From positions 18,522 to 82,521 of IMG/VR virus record IMGVR_UViG_3300025915_000014: a DNA stretch of 64,000 nucleotides. One strand, 5' to 3'. The DNA is from a virus (lineage: Duplodnaviria; Caudoviricetes). This document shows, piece after piece, positions 44,447 to 52,285 of the stretch. Numbering within the stretch: position 1 is the stretch's first letter; each line of letters starts with the position of its first letter. A model generated the notes under the pieces. The model had not been told where the DNA came from. It searched no databases and saw nothing but the letters and a program-made list of their open reading frames with translations. The translations under genes and the position numbers were made by a program.

Positions 44447-44476
44447 GCAGCCCCCGCCGTGGGGGGCGGGGGCTGC
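44447..44476. terminator. Hairpin between convergent genes
   Basis: GCAGCCCCCGCC-GTGGGG-GGCGGGGGCTGC, same stem as 38584. Confidence 0.7.
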
Positions 44477-44490
44477 GGTCGGTCATCCGG

Positions 44491-45006
44491 TCACTTCTTC
44501 GCGGCGGTCCAGTCGATGCCGACGATCTGGGCGTACTTGCCGACGTCGGACTTCTTGATCACGAGCAGGGTGTGCCCGGTGACGCCGACCATGCGGTAGC
44601 CCGCGTCGCCGATTTCGCCGTCCGGGGTCTTGGTGATCAGTACGTAGCCGGAGGCGTAGCCGGTCCCGTCGGCCTGGTAGGTGCCCGGGGTGATCGTGTA
44701 GGCGCCGCCGGGCTTGGCGGTGATCTCGTAGGTGCCCTCCGTGTAGACGCCGCTCGGGGCCGGGTCCGCGGGTGCCGGTGCAGGTGCGGGCGCGGGGGCC
44801 GGGGCGGGCGCCGGGTCCAGGACCACGCCGTGGCCGTCGGGGTCGCCCGGCTGCGGGCTGAATGCTCCGGGTGCCGGGGCCGGGGCGGGTGCGGCGACGG
44901 CCGCGGGGGTGGGGGTGGAGGCTCCGGCGGCTCCGGTGCCGCAGCCTGCGACGAAGGTGACGAGGAAGGCGGCGCCGAGCAGGCCGCCCTTGACGATCTT
45001 GTTCAT
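44491..45006 (-). CDS. Lipoprotein with Pro-Ala linker
   Basis: MNKIVKGGLLGAAFLVTFVAG-C lipobox; (PA)n; GTY repeats. Confidence 0.8.
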   Translation of the reverse strand: MNKIVKGGLLGAAFLVTFVAGCGTGAAGASTPTPAAVAAPAPAPAPGAFSPQPGDPDGHGVVLDPAPAPAPAPAPAPAPADPAPSGVYTEGTYEITAKPGGAYTITPGTYQADGTGYASGYVLITKTPDGEIGDAGYRMVGVTGHTLLVIKKSDVGKYAQIVGIDWTAAKK

Positions 45007-45066
45007 GGTGTCTCCTGTGGTGGGTGCGTGGCCGGGGCTGTTCCCCGGCGTGGTTCACGTGCCCCC

Positions 45067-45096
45067 AGGAGTACGCGCCCGGCGCGCATCTCTGCC
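45067..45096 (-). promoter_or_regulatory. Operator-containing putative promoter (45073-45087)
   Basis: TGGCAG..GCGCGCCGGGCGCG-TACTCC upstream of lipoprotein gene; -10 imperfect. Confidence 0.55.
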
Positions 45097-45150
45097 AGCA
45101 GTCAGGCTCCCTTGTCGCCCGCTCGGCCGCTGCATCGGTACCGTCCACCC

Positions 45151-45507
45151 GTGCGCACCCCGGGCGAATGGCTGGACGGCTTCCTCGCCCTGCCCGCCAG
45201 CGTCCGCACCGTGTCCGCCCAACTCGAAGCACTCGCCGCCCAATTGCGTGAAATGGAGCAGAGGATGACCGCCGCCGAGTCCGCCGCCTGGGACAAGTTC
45301 TCCGCCGACCTCGCCTCCGTCCGTGACGGCTGGGCCGCCAAGGACGCGCAGATAGCGGTGCTGCAAGCCGCGCTCGCCGACGCGGGCACGCAGGCGCAGG
45401 CGCAGGTCGCCGCCGCTCTGGAGCAGGACGCCGCCTTCGACGCCGTGAAGATCACGCAGGCGGATGCGGCGCTCGCGTCACTGCTGGGATCCGCGCCCCC
45501 CGCGTGA
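45151..45507 (+). CDS. Coiled-coil protein, leaderless
   Basis: TACCGT-6nt-GTG; heptad-rich. Confidence 0.65.
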   Translation: MRTPGEWLDGFLALPASVRTVSAQLEALAAQLREMEQRMTAAESAAWDKFSADLASVRDGWAAKDAQIAVLQAALADAGTQAQAQVAAALEQDAAFDAVKITQADAALASLLGSAPPA

Positions 45508-45842
45508 ACGCGACCGCGTGCCGCCTGCTCGTGCACGCGCGCGCGGGCGGCGGCGAACCGCAGGACCGCCGCTGCGAGCGCTGCGGCTCCGCCGAGCCCG
45601 GCTCCTGCCAGCACCGGGTCAAGCGCTCCCACTTCGGCGAATGGTCCGCGCCCAACATCGTCTGGCTGTGCGGGTCCGGCACCACCGGCTGCCACGGCTG
45701 GGCGGAGAACTACCCGCGGGAAGCGGAGCCCGGCGGGTGGGCGCTGCCCTCCGGTGCCGACCCGGCCGCGGTGCCGATCGAGCACCACACATGGGGCCGG
45801 GTGCTGCTCACCGAGGACGGGATGTACGAGCTAACGGCCTAG
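45504..45842 (+). CDS. HNH-type endonuclease
   Basis: CERC..QHR..RS..NIVWLCGSGTTGCHGW. Confidence 0.7.
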   Translation: MNATACRLLVHARAGGGEPQDRRCERCGSAEPGSCQHRVKRSHFGEWSAPNIVWLCGSGTTGCHGWAENYPREAEPGGWALPSGADPAAVPIEHHTWGRVLLTEDGMYELTA

Positions 45843-45907
45843 GTAGAACACCGCCACGCACACCAGCACCCCCAGCGACAGGAACGCGATGAACACCCGC
45901 GGCGCGG

Positions 45908-46279
45908 TCACGGCCGGGGCCACGGCGGCTGCGGCTGCTTGCCGCGCCCGTCCTTCCAGATCGCGGCGTACCCGGACGCCACCATCTCCTCCTGCGCGGT
46001 CCCCCCGACCGGCAGGAAGATCACCCCGAGGATCCGGCCCGCGTACTTGTCCCACCCGTGGCTGTCGACGTGCACCTGCGCGCCGACCGGCAGCAGCCCC
46101 GCCAGGTGGTCGCGGGCCTCCGGGCCGCCCGGATCCCTCAGCTCGCGCGCCGCGACGCCGACCAGCCGCACCAGCACTCCCCGGGACCAGATGCCCATGC
46201 CGTGGTCGATGTCGACCTTGACGGTGTCCCCGTCGTGCACATCGAGCACCGTGCACAGCGGGTAGCTCCAGACGGTCAC
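45908..46279 (-). CDS. Thermonuclease (SNase-like)
   Basis: VHDGDT..VRLVG..DKYAGR..GYA. Confidence 0.8.
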   Translation of the reverse strand: MTVWSYPLCTVLDVHDGDTVKVDIDHGMGIWSRGVLVRLVGVAARELRDPGGPEARDHLAGLLPVGAQVHVDSHGWDKYAGRILGVIFLPVGGTAQEEMVASGYAAIWKDGRGKQPQPPWPRP

Positions 46280-46295
46280 GGCAGGTCGCGGGTGA

Positions 46296-47738
46296 TCACG
46301 GTTCCGCCCGCTTCGCCAGCCCGGCGAAGACGAACAGGTCATCGAACTCGAACCGGCCGGGCGTACCGGCCTCGGGCGCGGCCGGGGTGAAGCCGCGCTG
46401 CCCCCGCAGGATCGAGTTCCGGTCGATCTGGAGCAGCCGCACGAACACGTCGGCGACGATCCTGCCGCCGACTGGGCCGAGGGTCTTGCCGTCGGTGTCG
46501 CGGGAGGATTCGGCGAGGATGTAGTACCAGAGCGGCGTGCCTGCATCGAACGGGGCGGCCAGGTGTAGATCGGCCGGGGCGATCGGCGGGATGCCCATGG
46601 CCTTGGCGACGTCCTGCCCGTCGGCCATCGAGTAGAACTTGGCCCGCACCATGTTGCGGAAGGCGAGCACGTTGGACCCGGATGCCTCCGCCCCCGGGAT
46701 GGGCAGCACGAACAGTGAGCTACTGATCAGCGTGTCGATCTTGCGGGACTGGTTGACGTGGCTGACCGGGGTCAGGTTGTCCGGGCGGGACAGCTCGTGC
46801 ACGAAGTTGCCCCAGTCGATCTGCCTACCACTCGGGAGCTGCCTGCCCCCGCGGAGATCCGGCGCGGTCGCGGAGAACACCTGGATCTTGCCGGTGGTCG
46901 TGGTGAGCTCGTAGGCCCTCCTGACCATGCTGTGACCGAACCGGTAGGCGGCGACCGAGAACTCGACGGGGGTCATCGGCCGGTTCGGGTTGCCCGGCTT
47001 GTAGAAGCGCTTGAGCTGCCCGTTCAGGGTCTGGTCGGTGACGTCCTGCCCGACGAAGTGCGGCAGGACCTCCTTGAGCACGATCGTCTGGTAGAGGTCG
47101 ATGGTGCGCCGCTGCGCCTCGGCGAAGGACAGCCCCCGGTCGATCTCCTTGTTGTGGACCAGCAGGAACGCGGTGTGAATCTGGCTGATCACCTCGTTCT
47201 CGTCGTTGCGCGGCTCCACCAAGATCGCCGACCCGTCGGCGTTGCGGGGCAGGTCGACCACCCCGTTGGGGTTGGGGTTTTGCACCTTGAAGTGCTTACC
47301 GTCGGCCTCGTAGAGCTGCGGGGACACGCTCGGGCCGCCCCCGTAGACCGAGTCCAAATCGAAGCGGAACGTGCGCCCGTTGGGCAGCGTGGTCGGGTCC
47401 ACCGGCGCCGTCGGGGACGGGCTGGAATCCGACGTGAGGTCATGGTCGATGAACTGCCCGAAGTACGTGTAGATCGACGTCATCTCGGGGTCTTGGTTGT
47501 TCTCGCTGTCCGCGTTCGGGTCGAGCTGGGTCTGCGCGAGATCCGCGAGATCCTGCACGGACGGCGAGGTGAAGCCCTGCAAGCCCGGGAAGATGAACCC
47601 GAAGTGCGACTGCCGGGCCTGGCCCTCCTGTCCGGGCACGTGCCGGGCCGGGGCGGCGTCGGCCGGGGTGGCGACGCTCAACCCGACTGCGGCTAGCACG
47701 GCGGCGGACAGGGCTACTAGACGGTGGCGGCGCCTCAT
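46296..47738 (-). CDS. Secreted heme peroxidase (peroxidase-cyclooxygenase superfamily)
   Basis: Signal peptide ..TPADA; GQFIDHDL, RNDEN, AYRFGHS, RNMVR, TPLWYYILAE; RBS GAGGAGG. Confidence 0.9.
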   Translation of the reverse strand: MRRRHRLVALSAAVLAAVGLSVATPADAAPARHVPGQEGQARQSHFGFIFPGLQGFTSPSVQDLADLAQTQLDPNADSENNQDPEMTSIYTYFGQFIDHDLTSDSSPSPTAPVDPTTLPNGRTFRFDLDSVYGGGPSVSPQLYEADGKHFKVQNPNPNGVVDLPRNADGSAILVEPRNDENEVISQIHTAFLLVHNKEIDRGLSFAEAQRRTIDLYQTIVLKEVLPHFVGQDVTDQTLNGQLKRFYKPGNPNRPMTPVEFSVAAYRFGHSMVRRAYELTTTTGKIQVFSATAPDLRGGRQLPSGRQIDWGNFVHELSRPDNLTPVSHVNQSRKIDTLISSSLFVLPIPGAEASGSNVLAFRNMVRAKFYSMADGQDVAKAMGIPPIAPADLHLAAPFDAGTPLWYYILAESSRDTDGKTLGPVGGRIVADVFVRLLQIDRNSILRGQRGFTPAAPEAGTPGRFEFDDLFVFAGLAKRAEP

Positions 47739-47834
47739 CGGGGCCCCCTCCTCAAGGTTGGGCGGCGCATGCTTCGGGCGGTGGTGCGCGTGGCCGTGGG
47801 GGAGCCGCGGGGGCCCAGCGTGCGCCCGGGGCGC

Positions 47835-47902
47835 GACACGCCGAAGCGCGACACGCCGTGACACGCCGAGCGCGGGACACGCCGTACGAATGCGACACCC
47901 CG
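47835..47902 (+). repeat. Five direct repeats GACAC(G/C)CCG
   Basis: Copies at 47835, 47850, 47860, 47876, 47894. Confidence 0.8.
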
Positions 47903-48129
47903 ATGCGCGGTTCCGGCGGCCGGAAGGCGGATTGCGCGCTTCGTCGGGGTGCGTACGGTGGGCCGGGTGTCCGCCCCCACAGCGATACCGCGCTAGGCCG
48001 TGGGGGGGTTCACGGGATTCGCCAGCCCTGAGTTGACGCTCCCCCCGACCCAACCGACCGGGCCCACCCTCATCGTCGAGGGTGGGCCCGGTGTCTGCGG
48101 GGTGGCGCGCGCTTGCGGCCCCGGGGTCA

Positions 48130-48354
48130 TCACGACCCGTCCACCTCTGATACGTCGTTGATCTCCCAGTCCTTGCCGACGTTGACGGCCCGGCTGATGA
48201 CGTCCGGCCCGAACGCCGTGATCGTGTTCGCCACGACCGGGTACCGCGGCAGCAGCTTGTCCGCGGTCTCTCGGGCGGTGTCCTCGTTGTCGGCGGCGAC
48301 TCGGAGGGTGACATACACGTGGCCGATGAACTCGACATCCCAGACCGGCATCAC
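48130..48354 (-). CDS. Hypothetical protein
   Basis: 74 aa, RBS GGAGG. Confidence 0.55.
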   Translation of the reverse strand: MMPVWDVEFIGHVYVTLRVAADNEDTARETADKLLPRYPVVANTITAFGPDVISRAVNVGKDWEINDVSEVDGS

Positions 48355-48428
48355 GCCTCCGCTCGCTCGGGGACGCGCAGCTCATACCAGAGGTTGCCGT
48401 GCACGGTGATCTTCCAGTGGTCGCCCAT
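48351..48428 (-). CDS. 25-aa leaderless peptide
   Basis: MGDHWKITVHGNLWYELRVPERAEA after TAAGCT; stop overlaps next start. Confidence 0.4.
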   Translation of the reverse strand: MGDHWKITVHGNLWYELRVPERAEA

Positions 48429-48435
48429 GCGCGCC

Positions 48436-48457
48436 AGCTTATACGCGCCCGGCGCGC
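48436..48457 (-). promoter_or_regulatory. Operator (48443-48457) adjoining -10 TATAAGCT
   Basis: GCGCGCCGGGCGCG-TATAAGCT. Confidence 0.65.
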
Positions 48458-48474
48458 ATGGCCGTGGCGGGGGT

Positions 48475-48753
48475 TCAGGCCGCCGGGTGCCGCCCCGACA
48501 CATCCTCGCCGCCGCCGTACAACGAACCCGCCCGCAGCAGGTCCAGCGCATCACCGACGATGCCCTTCGCCTCCCAGGCAGGCATCGCCGCATTCGAGGG
48601 GATGAAAAGCACCGTGCCCCCGTCCGAGGCATTGCGGGTGGCCGCCAGCACCACCCAGCTCACAACGACCTCGCCGGGGTCCACGAGCGCTCCGGCCGCG
48701 CGCCGGACATGTTCGTCCAGGGCGGCGGCCGGGTGGGGGTGACGCCCGTCCAT
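48475..48753 (-). CDS. Hypothetical protein
   Basis: 92 aa; VVSWVVLAA..MPAWEAKGIV. Confidence 0.55.
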   Translation of the reverse strand: MDGRHPHPAAALDEHVRRAAGALVDPGEVVVSWVVLAATRNASDGGTVLFIPSNAAMPAWEAKGIVGDALDLLRAGSLYGGGEDVSGRHPAA

Positions 48754-48792
48754 GGTCGAGAGTGTGGCAGCTCCCCCCGACGCCCGCGCGCA

Positions 48793-49398
48793 TCAATCGT
48801 GCTTGACCCGGTCGTTATCTCGCAGGATCAGCCAGGTCCGGCGCGGCACCGGCACCCGGTAGCACGGCGGGCCCCGATACCCGTCCGCGCGCGCATCCCC
48901 GAACTCCTCCAGCCGGGCGCACAGCCGCGCCGCCCGCTCCGCCCCCAGGATCAGATCCAGCGATGCCCGGAACGCCACGAACGCGGGCGGGAACCCGGCC
49001 GCGGAGCCGCCGCGGCGCCGGGTGGTGCCCGCGTAGCAGACCAGCAGCCGGTACCGGTTGCGGATCACCAGCGACCGGCCGCCCGGGGACAGCGTCCACG
49101 GCGACGCGATGCAACCGAACGGCTTGTCGGGCGTGACATGCAGGGAGCACAACCCACGCCCGTCTTTGAAAGTGCAGCAGCCATCGGTGACCAGCAGGTT
49201 GCGCCGCACCAGCCCGCCGCGGGCCTCGATCGCCGCCCGCTCGCTGGGATGAATCGTGATCATGGTGCCGCCCGGCCGGGACGGCGCATCGCAGCAGCGG
49301 CTATGACAGGTGTCGCGGATGTAGGCGGGGTCGCAGCCGTGGAACCGCTGCCACGCCGTGCGCGGATTCACCGCCACCACCACATCCGGGCCGCTCAC
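48793..49398 (-). CDS. YkgJ-like cysteine-cluster (Zn or Fe-S) protein
   Basis: C..CHSRCC..CCTF..LCSLH..KPFGC. Confidence 0.6.
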   Translation of the reverse strand: MSGPDVVVAVNPRTAWQRFHGCDPAYIRDTCHSRCCDAPSRPGGTMITIHPSERAAIEARGGLVRRNLLVTDGCCTFKDGRGLCSLHVTPDKPFGCIASPWTLSPGGRSLVIRNRYRLLVCYAGTTRRRGGSAAGFPPAFVAFRASLDLILGAERAARLCARLEEFGDARADGYRGPPCYRVPVPRRTWLILRDNDRVKHD

Positions 49399-49592
49399 AT
49401 CCGCACCCGCACCATCTGCGCCGGGGCGCACGCATCCACCAACTCGAGAATCCCGCCGGGCACGCACTCGTCGATGGCCTCAATGACGTCCTCGTCGTGG
49501 CCGCAGCACCAGCACCGCATCACCGGCTCGGCCCACTTGACCTCGCATGCGGCGCAGTACCAGACGAGCAGTTGGCGGCGCACGAAGGTCAC
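49395..49592 (-). CDS. Zn-ribbon protein
   Basis: CAAC..CWCC; GTGA overlaps. Confidence 0.5.
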   Translation of the reverse strand: MTFVRRQLLVWYCAACEVKWAEPVMRCWCCGHDEDVIEAIDECVPGGILELVDACAPAQMVRVRM

Positions 49593-49789
49593 GGCAGCTT
49601 GCCGCAGTGCGGGCACGGCATTGCCCGCGCCGCCCCTTGGTGCAGCGAGTCGATGACCATGGTCTTGGTGAGTTCCATCGCCTCCGCGGAGGAGAAGCCG
49701 CCCTCGATGAAGCCGATGTAGAGCTCGTGGAGCTGTGCCATGCCCATGCTCATGCTGGTGAACGGGTCGGCGGGTGGTGGTTGGGACAC
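49589..49789 (-). CDS. Hypothetical protein
   Basis: LHELYIGFIEGGFSSAEAMEL; CPHC. Confidence 0.6.
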   Translation of the reverse strand: MSQPPPADPFTSMSMGMAQLHELYIGFIEGGFSSAEAMELTKTMVIDSLHQGAARAMPCPHCGKLP

Positions 49790-49809
49790 GTGACTCCTGG
49801 TGTGGTGGG

Positions 49810-50085
49810 TTACTTACTGGGCTTGGGGCCGGGCTTCTTTCCCCGGCCCTTCTTGCGGCCGTCCTTCGGGGTGCCCTTGGAGGGCTTGCCGCCCCGCTCG
49901 TCGTCCTTGAGGTGGTGCGGCTTGTCCGGGACGGTGGCCGGGCTCGGCTTGCCGCCCCGCCCGGCCCAGGCCTGCATCGGGTGCGGCGGGACGTCGCCCA
50001 GGGTGATCGGCGTGTCGGGGGCGCGGGCCTCGGGGTCACCCGCTGGCATCCACTGGAACATGCCCTGCGCGTCGGTGTCGGTCAC
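49810..50085 (-). CDS. Lys/Pro/Gly-rich hypothetical protein
   Basis: GGKPSKGTPKDGR. Confidence 0.55.
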   Translation of the reverse strand: MTDTDAQGMFQWMPAGDPEARAPDTPITLGDVPPHPMQAWAGRGGKPSPATVPDKPHHLKDDERGGKPSKGTPKDGRKKGRGKKPGPKPSK

Positions 50086-50324
50086 GATGCCGCCTCCTTC
50101 GGTTCCTCCCGGGTCAGGATGTCGCGGGCCAGGCGGCGCATCAGCTCCGACCCGCCGTAGCGCCACCCCATCTCGGCCCAGGCGTTCAGCTCCCGCGCCA
50201 GCACCTGCCCGGCCGGGCCCGGATACACCCGCCGGGCCCGCGCGGCGGCGTTGCGCATCAGCAGCACGAGATCCAGCTCCGGGCCCGGCTGCGGGCCCTT
50301 GGAGACATGGACCGCGAAGCTCAT
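50082..50324 (-). CDS. Hypothetical protein
   Basis: ARRVYPGPAGQVLAREL; overlapping operon. Confidence 0.6.
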   Translation of the reverse strand: MSFAVHVSKGPQPGPELDLVLLMRNAAARARRVYPGPAGQVLARELNAWAEMGWRYGGSELMRRLARDILTREEPKEAAS

Positions 50325-50557
50325 CCGTAGCTGTCCAGGTAGGTGGTGGCGGCGTCCGCGGCGGCGGTCAGCACCGGCCCATCATCGGCGGGGTGCGCGA
50401 GCTGCCGGGGCTCGTCGGTGCTCCAGAACCGCCCGTACGGGTCACCCTGGTTGAGCATGTCGGCCAGGGTGACCCCGGGCTGCACCGTCGGGTCCGGGCT
50501 CCAGCCCCGCCGCAGCGCGGAGCCGATGACGTCGGCCTGGTCCAGGGGGGCGGACAC
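50321..50557 (-). CDS. Hypothetical protein
   Basis: 78 aa, ATGA overlap. Confidence 0.5.
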   Translation of the reverse strand: MSAPLDQADVIGSALRRGWSPDPTVQPGVTLADMLNQGDPYGRFWSTDEPRQLAHPADDGPVLTAAADAATTYLDSYG

Positions 50558-50614
50558 CGCGTCACCATAAGTGCGCGGCGACCCCCCTCCTGATACACGA
50601 CACGCCGAACGAGT

Positions 50615-51019
50615 TCACGCCCTCCACCCGGCGCCGACGATGAACGGGCGCAGCGCGGCGAGCGCCGCGCAGGTGGCGTGCTCGCACATGTCCTCGGGGC
50701 AGGCGTACTCCCAGGGCGCCCCCGTCTCGCCGAGCGCCTTGGACACCTCCCGCACCAGCTCGACCGGGATGTCGTCGGTGACCGGCACGCCCCACTGCGG
50801 CATCGGGGCGCGCACCAGCAGCCGCACCCGCTCCACGTTGTAGGTCACCCGGTCGAGGTCGTCACCAGCCCAGGACAGGGCCGCGCTGATCTCGTCGTCG
50901 GTCTGCCCGCCGAGCGCGTCCCGCACGGCGTCGCGGGCCCGGGTGGCGTGCACGAGCAGCCCCACCACGACGGCCTGCGCGGTGTCGAGGCGCTCAGCCG
51001 CGCTGCTGGGCATGCTCAT
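50615..51019 (-). CDS. Hypothetical protein
   Basis: 134 aa, ATGA overlap. Confidence 0.55.
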   Translation of the reverse strand: MSMPSSAAERLDTAQAVVVGLLVHATRARDAVRDALGGQTDDEISAALSWAGDDLDRVTYNVERVRLLVRAPMPQWGVPVTDDIPVELVREVSKALGETGAPWEYACPEDMCEHATCAALAALRPFIVGAGWRA

Positions 51020-51372
51020 TCGGGGTTCCCCCGTTCGGCAGGTACCGGGTCCGCGTGGGTGACGTCGGGTGGCGGGGTGAGGGCCCGCCGCCACGCCGCC
51101 TCCAACTCGGCGTAGCTGGGCCACCCGCACTCGGAGCCGAAGCTGCCGAATCCGTGGCGCACCGCCCCGGCGATCGAGACGATGTCCAGGTCGCGAAGCC
51201 CGGTGTCGAAGTAGCCGAACACCTGCCCCAGCACGCACCGGGACGCCGAGTGCATCGCCAGCAGGTCCAGGTCGATATCCGCGCGCCAGTCCCGCTCGGC
51301 CTCAAAGTAAGCGTCGAGCACGATCACGCCGAACGCGACCGCCTCATCCGCGGTGAGTGGCTTCTCTTTCAT
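51016..51372 (-). CDS. Hypothetical protein
   Basis: DWRADIDLDLL..CVLGQVFG..HGF; RBS AGGAG. Confidence 0.6.
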   Translation of the reverse strand: MKEKPLTADEAVAFGVIVLDAYFEAERDWRADIDLDLLAMHSASRCVLGQVFGYFDTGLRDLDIVSIAGAVRHGFGSFGSECGWPSYAELEAAWRRALTPPPDVTHADPVPAERGNPE

Positions 51373-51398
51373 GGGGGGGCTCCTTCTCCTGTGGTGGG

Positions 51399-52004
51399 TC
51401 ATGGCCTAATGCCGAGTGTTGCGGAGGCGGTGGTCCAGTCACGCGCAAATGCGGCCTGCGCCGCGCCCAGCGGCACGGTCGAGCGCGGTTTGCACACCGC
51501 GGCCAACACGCGCGCCTCGACACGGTCTTTCGTGTTGCGGATCCCTCCCCCCGGAATGTCGGATCGTGCCAGCCAGATGTTGGTGGCGTCATTCGAGCCG
51601 CCCAACACGCCCGGCACCAGTTGATCGGCCTGCACGGCGGTGGAGGCGGAGCCCGGAATGCCGTACGCGCGCATTCCGCTCACGCGGAACTGGATGTCCG
51701 GGGGTGGCCGGTGCGCGGTGGCGAAGCCGTGCGCGCACACCTCGGTCGGGTCGGTGGCGCCCACCGAGCCGGGGGTGCAGATCGGGTCCGGGCGCGGGCC
51801 GCGGGCCTGGCAGCTCCCCGGCGGCCCGTAGCGGCCGGTGAACCGCGGCGGGTCGGTGTAGGGCACCAGCAGCACCCCGGCCGGGGTGAAGCCGAGCGGG
51901 CCGCCCGCGGCGGGCGCGGGCAGCAGCGCCACCGCGGACGGGTCGGTGGCGCTGCCGCAGGCGGCGCACAGGATCAGGGCGAGACCGAGGAGGAGCCCCC
52001 TCAC
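51399..52004 (-). CDS. Lipoprotein/secreted protein with degenerate HNH-like segment
   Basis: LLLGLALILCAA-C; PDPICTPG; ADQLVPGVLGGSNDATNIW..KDRVE. Confidence 0.55.
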   Translation of the reverse strand: MRGLLLGLALILCAACGSATDPSAVALLPAPAAGGPLGFTPAGVLLVPYTDPPRFTGRYGPPGSCQARGPRPDPICTPGSVGATDPTEVCAHGFATAHRPPPDIQFRVSGMRAYGIPGSASTAVQADQLVPGVLGGSNDATNIWLARSDIPGGGIRNTKDRVEARVLAAVCKPRSTVPLGAAQAAFARDWTTASATLGIRP

Positions 52005-52285
52005 TCGTCGACCCGCTCGAACTCGACCATCCACGCGGTCATCGGCCGGTCCGGCTTCCCGTCCCCGCGGGTGCCGTGCGCGAGCCGGTAGGTGGCGAAC
52101 GCCTCCGCGGGCTCGAACCGGCGGGCCCGCGCCCGGTCCGGGGTGGTGACCAGGTGGGCGCTCATCTCCTCCCCGTTGGGTCCGCGGCCCGGCCGGGTCG
52201 GGTCGTACTCCACCACCCACTGCCCGTCGATCGGCGTCGGGATACCGCTGACGGTGACCAGCAGTTGGATGATCACAGCGCTCAT
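52001..52285 (-). CDS. Hypothetical protein
   Basis: 94 aa, overlapping operon. Confidence 0.55.
   Translation of the reverse strand: MSAVIIQLLVTVSGIPTPIDGQWVVEYDPTRPGRGPNGEEMSAHLVTTPDRARARRFEPAEAFATYRLAHGTRGDGKPDRPMTAWMVEFERVDE

Noticed and set aside
47738-48338. N-terminal extension of the peroxidase ORF to 680 aa
   Set aside because: Low-complexity and overlaps gene 48130-48354; ATG 47738 has a strong RBS and begins a signal peptide
49408-49421. TGCGCCGGGGCGCA and GCGCCCGGGGCGC (47822) as extra operator copies
   Set aside because: Different arm sequence and length, no matching promoter geometry; the first lies inside a coding region
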